From Camelus ferus (taxonomy: Eukaryota), in the NCBI RefSeq assembly GCF_009834535.1, contig NC_045704.1, forward strand, positions 21,204,001 to 21,268,000: 64,000 bases of DNA, read 5' to 3'. Under the pieces are notes generated by a model. That model did no database searches. It worked only from the letters and a program-made list of their open reading frames with translations, and was not told the DNA's origin. Within the stretch, counting starts at the first letter, position 1; every line of letters begins with the position of its first letter. A program made the translations under genes and the position numbers. Positions 1-57,000 of this stretch are shown piece by piece.

Positions 1-71
1 CCCTATTTCTCCTTGGCCCCACCCCTAAACACTACGCCCCGCCCCTCCGTACCCCGCCCCCACGGCCACAC

Positions 72-185
72 CTTGAACTCAGCTATGGTGAGGCTGCGAC
101 TGTACCGCTTCTGGGAGCGGAAGCTGTTGAGGGAACTGCTGATGAAAACGGTCACTGTGGGCGCCGACAAGCCCGTCACCTCCAT
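72..185 (-). CDS. TBCB: Tubulin-folding cofactor B, coding exon 1 (gene continues beyond window start)
   Basis: ATG at 185-183 gives [38 protein letters not shown] (114 nt, phase 0) followed by a GTGTGG donor. Matches the TBCB N-terminus and the known position head-to-head with POLR2I. Confidence 0.95.
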
Positions 186-871
186 CTCGCCGCGCCCTGC
201 CGGGGCCCGCAGCCCGATCAGCCGCCTCACACCAGCTCCGCAGCAGCCGCCGCCGCCGCCGCCGCTTCTGGGATATTAGCTCCGCCCCCTCCTCCCTGGC
301 CTGGCCAATCCACGCTCTCAATCCAGGAGGGTCCGCCAGTAGCCGCATCTCTTTTCCGCCCAGGAAGCGGGCTCTCCCGTGGTCTTGGGTAGGCCCAGCC
401 AATCCTGAGAGAGCTTCCACGGTGCGCAGTTTTCCCAACAGCCACAAGGGAAACAGCCGGGGCGGACGAAGGCTGAAGCCGAGAAGGACTGGCAAGCGCT
501 ACCCGAGTCCCCGAAGGGTAAACTCGCGCATGTGCACTGGCCTTCAGCCTGCAGAGTAACGGCTTCTTCATTTTCGCTCAGCGCTTTGCCGATTACGTGA
601 CGCATGCTGTTGGCCCGGCTCTGGTATCACTCTATTCTGTAAACTGGAGAAGCGAGGCCCAGAAGGTGGAAGCAATTATTATGATATATCAAAAGACTGA
701 AACAAGTAATTAATCAAACCTCAGGTCAGGGAGCCAAGCGCAAACCCGCCGGGAGCCAGTACAGTGTGCGCAGCTCCGCCCCTCTTTTGGCGAAGCTACG
801 AGGTCTGATCCTTCCCGCGACCTGTCGCGCGGCGGAGCAAGCGCGGAAGGCCGTGAGGGCGGTGAGTCGCA
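186..871. promoter_or_regulatory. Bidirectional CpG-island promoter shared by TBCB and POLR2I
   Basis: CpG-rich interval between divergent ATGs (185 and 872). CCAAT boxes at 305-309 and 399-403, NRF1-like GCGCATGTGC near 527-536, CRE/ATF-like TTACGTGACGC at 593-603. Confidence 0.8.
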
Positions 872-3914
<3,043 letters not shown>

Positions 3915-6900
3915 CACCTCCGGGAATAGTGAGACAGCTCCACGTACACGGCTGCCTTCTCCACCTGCTGTCAGACCTCAGGCCCAGGATGACTCTCCCA
4001 GGTGGGAAGGGAGGGGACAGCCTCGGAGGAGCCTCATTCTCTCCATGCAAATTTCGTGACAGGCCCAGGAAGCAGACTCCACTGGCTCCAGTTACCTCTG
4101 CCTTGGTCGCTGCCATTTCTCTCCCTTTTCCTCTGCCAGGATCCTGAAGGCAGTCTCCAGTCCCCACCAGTGCTAGGGCCCCCAGCAGAGCAAGCAAGGG
4201 CAAGACTAGAGCCTAGGTGGCTCTTGAGGGGTAGGGAGAGAAAACAGAGACCCCAGTGGGGCTGAGTGTCCTCCCATAGTACTAGTAGGGCTAAGGACCT
4301 GAGAATCTGTTTGCCAAGCAAATCAGTCACCACTGGACATCCAGCAGCCTGCTTGGTTATTCAAATCACAGGAGCTGTCTGAGGAAGCAGGGGAGGGGCT
4401 GGCTGTGATTGCCTGCTTCAGAGGGTAGAGGGACAGCAGGGTCTAACTGGTATGGTCAAAGTGAGGATCCAGGCTGTGCATCTTCAAGGAGGAAGCTCCA
4501 CCTCTCTGATCCTCATGCCCAGAACTGATGTCCAACCAGAAGCAATGTTCAGGGGTACAGGGCATTTAAAATACAGGCCTGTTAATAGTTGGGCTCCCAG
4601 TAACGGCCTGGAACACCACTGCCCCACTCTCTCATGGTCTAGGAACTAAAGGGGGTCACCTGACACAGCCAGCAGCTCCCAGGACCCTTAACCCAGCACT
4701 TTGGCCAGGCTGTGTTCTAGACTGGTCATTGGCCTCTTAGTCAGGGGTTAAGGATTTTGAATATTCTCCATGCAGTTACTTTTTCTCATTTATTCACCCA
4801 ACAATTTTCAGAGCTCCAATTACAGGCCACGCCTAGCTCAGCACTGAAAATGAAGACATAACTTAGTCCAAGGCTAAGGTGGGGACACACAGGCAGAGTG
4901 ACCCAGGCTTCAATGGGGAGAAGTGGTGAGCTCAGGAGACCCAGAAGAGGCTCCTGGTCCAGCCTAAGGGTTCCAGGACGACTTCCTAGGTGTGAGCCCC
5001 GAAGGAAGAAGAGGTTTCTGGTAAAAAGGGTTTTCCAGCCAGAGTAACAGTCTACGGAAAGGCTTGGTGGTGAGAGAAGCAATATTATTCATTTCTTCAC
5101 ATTCCCTGAGAGTCAATCCTGCTGCTTCCTTCGGGGAAGCAAGCGAGGCAGTGCTGAGAGTCTGTTGGCCTAGAGCTTTGCCACATCTCCGCAGGACCTG
5201 GGGCAAGTCACGTTTTGCAGAGTCTCAGTTTATCTGGAAATGGGACTAATGAATCTCCTTACCGCTGGTTTGTGTTGAAAATCTGTGTGGATCACATGGG
5301 GAGAAAGCTTCACATTGGAGCTGGCATGAGGCAGAGATACAAACAGGGGGCTGTTAGAAAATCTTGAAATGTTGAGTGGCTAGGCAAGCATTTGAGTTTC
5401 AATCAGCCCATGTGAAAATGGGGTTTTAAGTGTCTCCATCTCCCAACTGTTGGATTTTATGCAGCTGTGACCAGTGTGCCCGGCCCGGGTCTGGTGGGCC
5501 AGTACCTAGGACCCATCTGATGTGGAGTGCGGGGCGAGTTGCACTGGACTGAGAGCTGGTGAACGGGTTATGGGAGCCATCTTGTTTCTCTCAGGTACCC
5601 AGTTCTCCATGCCCAAGACCGCGTCTCTTGGGGCAACTGGTTCCCAAGTTGTTGCTGAAAACACATTGGGAAGAACTCTGGGCCTGGGTATCTTTATTTG
5701 CCCCCAGGTCCCTTCTCTGTCCTGTTCTGCTCTGCTGTGTCCTGGGAGGCTGACCTGGGTGAGCAGCATCATCTGAGCTCCTGTGCCCTCCAGCTTCTAG
5801 GAGGGTTTGGATAATGAGGAGCCCTGCAGAAGATGGGGGAGGGGGCTCCCCCAACTCCCTCCCTGTGGGGTTGCCTGGAACACAGCTTCCCTCAGGGCAG
5901 CCCTCTCTCAAGGATTTGCTCTTCTGGGTTCCACTTTGTTCCCTTGTGTCTTGTGGCCTGAGGGGGGAGTAACAGCTCTTCTCTGGTTCAAGCCCAGGGG
6001 ACTGGACTGGACTGGTCCTGAGGTTTCCCTAGTCCCTGCCCACCCCTTTGCAAATGATCCCTTTGCTAAACTCTCTTTGAAATATTCCACATGAGCCTGC
6101 TGCCCTCTCCCTGCTGAGACACTGTGTCATGCACACACATTCATCAGTGGTAGTTTCTTAACAAGAAGTCTGGTCCTTCCAGGGCTGAAGAGCTCAGCAT
6201 TAGGAGGACATAGAGTGGCAGACACACTGGATCCTCTCTACCAGCTCACCCTCCTTTTGTGCTGAGAGAATCCAATTTTCTTGGAACAGCACATGCCCAG
6301 AACAGGAAGAATGGCTGGTCTAAGCATATGAAAGCCATCTCCATTCCTGTTGCCTGCTTTGAGAGGTGAGGCATCTAGGAAGGCTTTGCACTATTTTCCC
6401 ACTATCCTGGTGGCTGCCCTGCTTTTGCTCCTGGTTGGGTGAGGGTGTACTGCTGGAGCTACGGCAGCCACGTTGCCACTGTGAGGGCCTAAGGCAGACA
6501 GTGAAACTCAGAGAGAGTGAAATAGGGCAGGAACGGAATCAATAATAACATGTCCCTATAGCTTGGACCCCCTTAAGCCAGGTGTTGGCTACCTGCAGCC
6601 TTCACTATGATACGGGGTGTGAGGAGGGGTAAAATCCACGAGACGGAGGCTCAGGGTGGTCCCAGAGTGTCATTGCATCAGAGATCTTAGGCATCTGTCG
6701 CCAAGCTAAGCAGCCTGTGGGCCTGGGCAGGGAGCCTGGCAGAGGTGCTGCCTACCTACCTGGACCACCTAGGTTTCCTAAGGCGGGGAGAGGGAGCCCT
6801 GAGAAATAAGCAATACTGGGCATCTCCCCAAACACCAAGATCAGTGATTTTTATTTAGGGAAATAAATTGTGCTGTGAACGTTTCCTGGATTGATATGTC

Positions 6901-6989
6901 ATGAAGCAACAAGGCCCTGCCCAGTGGGACCCATTCCTCCTCCCACCTTGTCGCCTACCCTCACCCTGAGCTCACTCCATTCCAGCCTC

Positions 6990-7310
6990 CTGGCTTCATT
7001 GCTATTCCTGTCATGTATGTTTGGTCCACCATGAGGCCTTCACGCTGGCTACTCTGTCTGCCTGGATGCTTTCCTGAGTGTCCACATGGCCTGTGCCCTC
7101 TAGAAAGCCTCAGCTCCAATGTCACCTAGGCAAGGCCTTCCCTGACCCTTCAACAAGCACAGGGAATTCCCTCAGCTCACCTGCAGTTAAGACAGTTATC
7201 AACTCCTATTGTGTTTTGCTCTCTAGAAGGTAGCATACCACGAGGACAGTGGCTTTGCTTGTCCTGTTCCTCACTCTACTCCTAATACATAGAACAGTGA
7301 CAGGCCCCTG
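6990..7310 (+). mobile_element. L2 (LINE2) 3' remnant
   Basis: Degenerate L2 3' motifs (cctcagctccaatgtcacct..ggccttccctgacc..cctgttcctcact..agaacagtg). Boundaries approximate. Confidence 0.55.
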
Positions 7311-8280
7311 GGGGCCAGCAGGATTTTTTCAACCGCACGACTGGTTCTGATGTGTATCAGCATTTAGAGGGGCAGCAGAGGGCCACGTCCTTGTGTGGAA
7401 GGGTCTGGCTCTACCACCAGGCGAGCCAGGGTTTGAATCTCAGCCCTATGGGACCCCAGGCAAGACACTGGATCTCTCTGAGCCCTTTTCTGGTGGGCCA
7501 CCCTCACCGAACAGAGCAGGGAGGAACTCACAGGCAAGCAGGGGTTCCGCATGGTAGGACTGAGCTTCAGCAGAGGGCCCTGCTCCTGCTGGCTTCCTTT
7601 TTATAGACTTGGGATGGTGAGGGCTTTTGTGGTCACAAGGGTGGCCTTCTTAGTAGATGTGCCATGTGGCTAGATGCCTGCTGCCTGGGGAGGCTGGTAC
7701 CAGTGCTGGGAGCTCAGGGGATGTTGAAGCTGGACATAGTCCTGCTGGGGAAGGAATGATTGGTCCTGGCCACTGGGCGTGCTGCCTGGATTGTCCAGTG
7801 GGTGAGCCTGTCTGTCTTTCCTCAATTTCCTGTGCTGCAAATGGGAACAAGAGCCTGGCCCTCAGAGGATCCAGCAGAGGCCCAGGGGCCATAAGCCAGT
7901 CATTTGGCAACATGTGTACTGGTGGCCCGGGTCTGGCACGTGGTCATCACAGCGGCTCCAGTGGGTTCTTGGGATCAGCGGGGGGCAAGGAAGAAGGGCT
8001 GGCCCCTCCCTGGGGTATGGCTGAGCCCCACTGGGCAAGGACCACAGGTGACTCCACAGCAGCACAGTGGGGACAGGAGACTTGGGGGCCAGGTGCTGGG
8101 TGACCATTACCGCAGTTCCCAAATAGTCCTGTGTGCCCCACAACGGGGTCCTGGAACAGGGCCCGGCACTGGGGCATCTGTGAGTTCCCTAGGCTCTCTA
8201 CCCTCTCTCCCTGCATCCACCTGAAGGGCTTGGTGGATGCGCCAGGACAGGCACCAGGAACCACTCCTCCAAGCTGTCAG

Positions 8281-8286
8281 TTTATT
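8281..8286 (-). terminator. WDR62 polyadenylation signal AATAAA
   Basis: TTTATT on the + strand, about 60 nt past the WDR62 stop (8349-8347). Confidence 0.75.
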
Positions 8287-8346
8287 TGCTTAAGACACCT
8301 ATTTCTTCGGAAGCAGCAGGGCTGCGGTGGAGGGGGCTGCAGGCCC

Positions 8347-50299
<41,953 letters not shown>

Positions 50300-51041
50300 C
50301 GTCGCGCCGGAGTCAGGCGACCGTTACACTCCTCAACCGCCGCCGCCGCCGCCACGGCTCACTCGAATAGCGAATGTCCGCGGGAAAGCCGGCTCCGCCG
50401 CCCATTGGACGCAGCGGGCCGCTGGTCTAACCAATCTCAGGGTTACCGGGCAGCTGTTTTGACCAATGAGGGCTAAGGGGCGGAGCAGAGTGTCTGGCAA
50501 GGTGGCGCCACCGTCCGTCAACTTGATGCTTGATCGAGCGTTGTAGGTTATTTTTTATCCCGTCTGTGTTTTCATCATTCACTAAATATACAGGTCTTTC
50601 GACGCTAAGGCCAAAGCCGTCTCACCTCTCTTTTTGCTGACCTCCACTCCACCCCAGAGTGACTAGCCCCACAGTGGCAATCGCCCGGATGTAAGAGTAG
50701 GGTGGAGCTGAAAGAGACTTAAGAGTTGGCGCAGACTCAGAAACGCCGTGACGCTGCCCTCCCTCGACACGTGATAAGGTCCGGTTGGCTAAGAGCTGGC
50801 TTTGCGCAGACGTGCTGGCGTTTCACCATCTGCCAAGTGACAAGGGCGTAGCTGTTGTAGCGCGGCAGGGTGCGTAGTACGCAGGCGCTCCCTACCCTTC
50901 CCCCCCCGGCACGTGACGAGGCACTACGAGCCGTCACGTGAGGCAGGCAGAGAGCACGCGGGCGGGGTAGGGTTTGGCGGCGCTCGGCGAGGACCAAAGT
51001 AAGGCTGCAGACCCGGCAAAACCCAATTGGGTTGGACAGCC
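50300..51041. promoter_or_regulatory. Bidirectional CpG-island promoter shared by WDR62 and THAP8
   Basis: Between divergent ATGs (50299 and 51042). E2F site TTTCCCGC (minus strand, 50387-50380), CCAAT boxes at 50404-50408, 50431-50435 and 50463-50467, CACGTG E-boxes near 50910 and 50936. Confidence 0.8.
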
Positions 51042-54000
51042 ATGCCCAAGTACTGCCGGGCTCCGAACTGCTCCAACACTGCGGGCCAGCTGGGCGCGGA
51101 CAACCGCCCGGTGAGCTTCTACAAGTGAGCACAAGCGAGGGGCGGGGCTTGCAGGGAGGCGGGGCCCTGTGGGGGCGGGGCCCGAGGATAAATGCGCTGT
51201 GCGGGGCACCTGGCCCAGCTTGCAGGCGTCTAGTAAACAAGGTGGAAATATGGTATTCCCGGCGTTTCACTAGCAGTAAACACGGTACCTGTAAAGGTGC
51301 AGATGTGTGAAACAGCAGGGGTAGACGATTAACTGCAGGTGGTGAACGGGGCGAGCGGAAGAAGGGGAGGGTTGTGTAGAGAAGTGAGTATGGTCCAGGC
51401 TCGGTAAGAGCCTACAACTGCCCATTCACCATCTCTACTAATTAGAGTCATCTCAAACTCAAAACACCCGAAACCAAGCTCCTGATTTTGTCTCTCCCAA
51501 AACCTTCCATAACGTTTCCTATCTTAGTTAATAGCTTTCCATTTTTCATGTTGTTCAGGCTAGAAACCCTTAGCGTCATGCTTATCTCTTACCTTTCCTC
51601 AAACCTGAGAAAGCAAAAATTAGCCTGAACTCTTAAAAAAAAAAAAAAAGGCACACCCCCATCATTTATTTAACAGACACGGGAAAAGCCAGCTGAAGAG
51701 TTAATAGGAAAAAAATATTGTTATATTTTTCTCAGGGACGTTGCTGCACATGTAAAGTGAAGAAACTCCCCATCTTTGAATGACTACTGCTTTCTTACTA
51801 GAAAGCTTTGTTCTCTAAAGTCATAGGTTATCGCAGACTTTGCTGTTTGAAATTACATCAGTAAGAATGAAACATCTTACCTAGGGCCTGGAAAAGTTGT
51901 CACTTTGACACAGAATAGCAACCTTGATTTACAATCCAGGTGCTGAGCTTTGCGTAAAGGGGTTTCTGGACACAGTATTTCACATCTATCCAAACTTTAT
52001 CGCTTCCAAGGAGACAGGCCCCTGAGCCCACTTTGCCATCTAGACCTGATTTTGATCCCACAGTTCTCTTTGCTTTGAACATATCTAAACTCTATTTCAC
52101 TTACACCTCACCTGAATTTCACTCATCTCCCAAACTCAAAAACTCTTTTCCTCTGTTTGGCAAGACTTCCTCACAGGACCTCTGGTGTGCAGTCTCCCTT
52201 ATTGCCCTGGTAAATAAACCGATTTCTTGGACTGCACCTTCCAGTTGCGCTATTTTATTGGCCTCTTCATTCGTCAGCCTGCTCCCACAGTCTGTCCCCC
52301 ACACACAGTCACAGGGAAACTGTGAACACCAGAGTCATATCAGGGCCCTCCTTATCTCAGATCCCTCCTCTGACTCCCACTTGACTCTGTAAAAGCCAAG
52401 ACAGTGAGGCTGGCACAGGCACAGAACAGGCCTACAAAGTATTACAGGAGCTGATCCCCTCATCTCCCTTCTGCCCCTCCGTCAGTCTGCCTGTTGGATA
52501 TTCCGCTAGCTCATCAGGCACATTATTGCTCCAGGGCCTTTGCCTGTGCCATTTCCTCAGCCTGGAAAGTTCTTCCCTTTATGACCACCACTCTGTAAAA
52601 TGATAGCCCTCTCCCAGTCCTACATATTCTCCCTACTTGCCTCCTGTTTTATTTTTCCCTTTAACACAACTGTCCGGCATACCACATACTAGATATATTC
52701 ATTTATTGCCTCCTCCACTAGAATGTCAGCTCCAGGAAGGCAGGGATTTTTGTCTGTCTGACTCCCTGGAGTGTCCTCAGCACTTATAACAGTGCCTGGC
52801 ACATAGTGGATATTTGGTAAATTCTTTTTGGATGGAATAAATGAATGCATTTCAGATGGGCTCCCCAGGAAACCCAGCACTGTGTCCCAGCTATCCCTTG
52901 AGGGACCCTGGTTCAGGGAAGGAGGAGTGCAGAGGAGTCTTTGAACATGAATCAGTATGCCCAGACCTGCTTTTAAAAATCTATCACTCTGGCACTGTTT
53001 ATTAATTCAGCAACTCTAGGCATCTCCTGGAGTAAGTAAGCCCCTGCTGGACACTGGGACCCTGACAGATCTTGCTCTTGCTCTTGCTCACGAGTAGGTG
53101 AGGGGTCAAACACTGAAGAACTGAGTACACAACTTGATTCTTTCTTTTCCTCAGCACTACTGCTCCCAATCTAGTCCCTTAACCCATCCATTGACTCTAC
53201 CTACCAGTGCATCCCCAACCTGCAGCAAGCACAGCAAAACACCTAACACCTTGGCTATACAGTTATAAATGCAAATGGCAGGCTCCTAACTAAACTATTA
53301 GGAAATAAGAGGGAAAAACCCACAATCCAGGTCTGACCACTTCGTAATCACCTCCGCTGTCGCAGCGTAGTCCAGGCTACCATCATCTCTTAGCGGGACA
53401 CTGTGATAGCTGCCTGCTAGTCTCCCTGTTTCCCATGCTTGCCTCCCTTACAGCGACAATAGCTTACTTAGAGAACACTTATTGTTTGCCAGGTACTGTT
53501 CTCAGTGCTTCACATATAATAATGAGAACAGTGACAACTCTACTTAGCAGCCAGTAACCATATAAAAAGCAGTTCCTGTCTGTTTAAATCCCACCAGGCT
53601 GTTCCTCACCCAGGCTAAGCCATTCCCACCTCAAGGCCCCTCCCTGAATCACTCTTGCAGAAGCCATTTTGATAAGAGTTGAGTGAGAAGCAGTTTTCAA
53701 AGGAGATTCAAGAGCAGGCGTAGATGCTAGCCCAGAACAAGGTGAAACATTGAAGGAAGTGACTGCTAGGAAATAACTGGAAAGTCCTGCCTGGGTGCCA
53801 GAGGAAGCGTTCATTAGCTGTGTTTTAGGCTCTTTCAGGAACAACTGACAGTCATCTCTCATGGGGGAGCCTGTCATGCAGGAATTGCATCTGTCTGGCA
53901 GTTCACAAAGTCCTGAAAATGATAGCAGCTTAACCAAATTATGGGGTCTGTAGGAATCAGTATGGTTACGTTATGCCACAGTAACAAACTCACAAAATCT

Positions 54001-57000
54001 CAGTGGCTTACTGCAACAGAGATTTATTTCTCACTCACACTAGTATCCTTTGCAGGCCATGTGTGGCCCTGCTCTGCTGTATCTTAATTGGGGACTCTGG
54101 CTGTAGAAGCTGCTCCTACATAGAACATTGCTGGTCTTTTTGTGTGTGTATGTGGAGGGGTGGATAGGAAGAGAAAATAGGGAGAATCACCCCATGGCTC
54201 CTGGTAAACTGTATGTTTAGAAGTGGCCCATGTCACTTTTACTGCTCTGGCCAAAGCAAGTCTATGGCAGGCCTCAGGTCAGTGGAGTGGAAAATGTGTA
54301 TCTTAGTGTGGGGCAGGGTAGCAAATGTTTTCAACAATAGTACAGTCTACCATAAGGTTTATTTTTCTCTCATATGCAACAAGTAGAGAGGTTGGCAGAC
54401 CAGCACTGGTGTGGCAGCTTCACAGTCATCAGGGACGCGGTCCCATCTTTCATGTCATCCTTGGCATGAGCTTCTGCCCAAGATGGCTGCCGGGTGTCCC
54501 AGCCATCAGGCTGTACTGATTCCTGTTAGAGAGAAAAGGGAAGGGAGGAAGAGCAAAAGGGGCTCAACTCTATGCTGAGCCAGTCCCCTTACAAAGCCAA
54601 CCCAGCAAGCCAACCTGAGGGTGAGTTCTTCATCATTGGTTACACCCAACTGCAAAGGAGGCTGGGAAATGTAGTCTTTTAGCTGGGCATTTAACCACCC
54701 TGAAGACATTTTGAGTTAGGTTAGTAAGGAAGAAAAGAACTAGCAGTGCTCTAGATGGGATGACCAGCAAGACTGAAATATTCTACAAAAGAGGAGGACA
54801 CTGGTTGTCCACTTAAGGTAGATTTTTAGAGCAGGACATTTTCTACTATAAATGTTACCATCCGGAGAAACAAAAGAGAATGAAAACAAGATCAAATTAG
54901 GAAGAGTTGTTTGGTTTTTTAAAAAATGATACTCGCTTTCCTCCTTTGCCCCTTGAGCTACTTCTGATTCCATTTGAGAACCCCTTCACGTTCAAGGTAC
55001 CAACCCAGATGTCCCACACAACACGCAAGTATTCACTGGCCAGAACTTAGTTACAGGGCCCCACCGATGGCAGAGGAACCTAGGAAACAGTTGTTCAGCA
55101 GGGCACCACATTGTGGCCTCGGGAAAAGTTGCAGAAGTTGCAGTTTGTTAGTTAAGGAAGAAGACGAGCATGCATACAGAGTAATCAGTTGGCAGTCTCT
55201 GCCCAGGAGTGGGTGGGAAGTGCTGCTACAAGGGATTTTTATATGCCCGTCCAGGCAGAATGAGGCCGGTGAAAGCACTTGGATCTCAGATTGAGGCTGA
55301 AGGAACTGCAGCAGCCAGAGTCCCTGGCTCTGTGCCTGGGGGTTCTGCTCTTTGGATGCTGCGACTCTTCTCTGAGTCAGCCCTTGCCTCCCCCCTCCCC
55401 CCCAGCTTCCCTCTCTTCTGCCTTTTGCCAGAGAAGTCTTACTTTTCTCCCCCTGCCACCAACCTCTGCCCACCCGATCCACCTCCTCCCCAAGAATGGC
55501 CTCTTTAGTTTCTTATGTGTCTTTCCCAGTGTTTCTCCATGCAAATACAAGCAAATCTGAATATATGTTCTTATTTCCCCCTTCATTAGTTTTCTGTAGC
55601 TGCTGTTACAAACATGGTGACTGAATAGGAATTATTCTCTCACAATCCAGATCAGTTTTACTAGGCCAAAATCAAAGGGTCAGCTTTACACACACGTATG
55701 TGCATATAAAACTGGCAAAATCTGAGTAAGATTTGTGTATTTGTACCAACGGCAATTTCCTGGTTTTGTTTTTGTTGTTAAGACGTTACTATTGGGGGAG
55801 ACTGACTGAAGAGTACACAGGACTTCTTTGTACTTCTTTTTAAGCTTACTGTGAATCTATTTCAAAATAAAACAATAATAATTAAAAAAGAAATCTTGTG
55901 AAATCAAGGTGTCAGCAAGGCTGCATTCGCTGGGAGGCTCAAGGGGAAAATCTGTCCCTTGTATCTTCCAGTTTCTAGTGTCAGGCATTCCCTGGCTCGT
56001 GGCCATCACTCCAATCTCTGCTTCCGTGGTCACATTGCCTTCCCCTCTTTCATCTGTGGTAATATATTCTTCTGCCTCCCTCTTATAAGAATACTTGTGA
56101 TTGCATTTAGGGCCAACCGGGATGATCTAGGATAATTTCCCCATCTCAAGATCCTTAACTTAATTACATCTTTTGTCATGAGTTGTAATATTCACAGGTT
56201 CCAGGGATTAGGATGTGGATATCTTTTTTGGTGGGGGGCATGACTCAGCCTACCACAACTGCTAAATGCTGATATATTACTATATTTGGAACCTTGCTTT
56301 TTTCACATAATATTTGCCAAAACAGTAGCATGTCAGTTCATACAGTGCCTTCATAGTCTGTTTCACAGCTGTATAGTATTCCTTTGTGTTCACATGCCAG
56401 AGTTTATTTTTCTCCTATGGATGGTGCTGTTCCCCACTCTCTAACACTCCTTACTCTTCCTTTTTAACAAAGAGAGAACAGCCAGTAAAGGTATCCAGGT
56501 GTTTTTATGGTTAACTCCTATTTATGGAATTGATACTGGTTTTCCATTTTCAGTTGGGGTATAAAGTTTCTAAAAGGTATCCTTGTTTAATACTTAAAGT
56601 TGGTCCATTTTAAGAAAAATCTTAAGTAATGTCACAGATATGGAAGACACTATGAAGGTGGAATGTGGATGACGGACTGTATTAGTTACCTAATGCTACG
56701 TACAAACTATCCCCAAAATTAGCAGCTTAAAATAAACCTTTTCTCACAGTTTCTGGCAGCTGCCATAAAACAGACTTGCCCAGCCTTAATCATGTGGCCA
56801 TCCCTAGCTGCAAATGAACCTGAGAAATGAGCTCTTTATTGTGGGCAGCCTTGAGCCCAGGTCTAAACAGAAAGTATATTGCTATAAAAGAGGGCAAAAA
56901 CAGATGTTGGGGACAATGGCACCAAGTCACAGGAGTAGTGGGACACCTGTAGAGGGTGCCTTATCAGATAATCCCCACCCACTCCCACTGGGAAAGCTTT

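Noticed and set aside
186-230. GTG-initiated N-terminal extension of TBCB
   Set aside because: Only an ORF-finder alternative start; the ATG at 185 has strong context and matches the known N-terminus.
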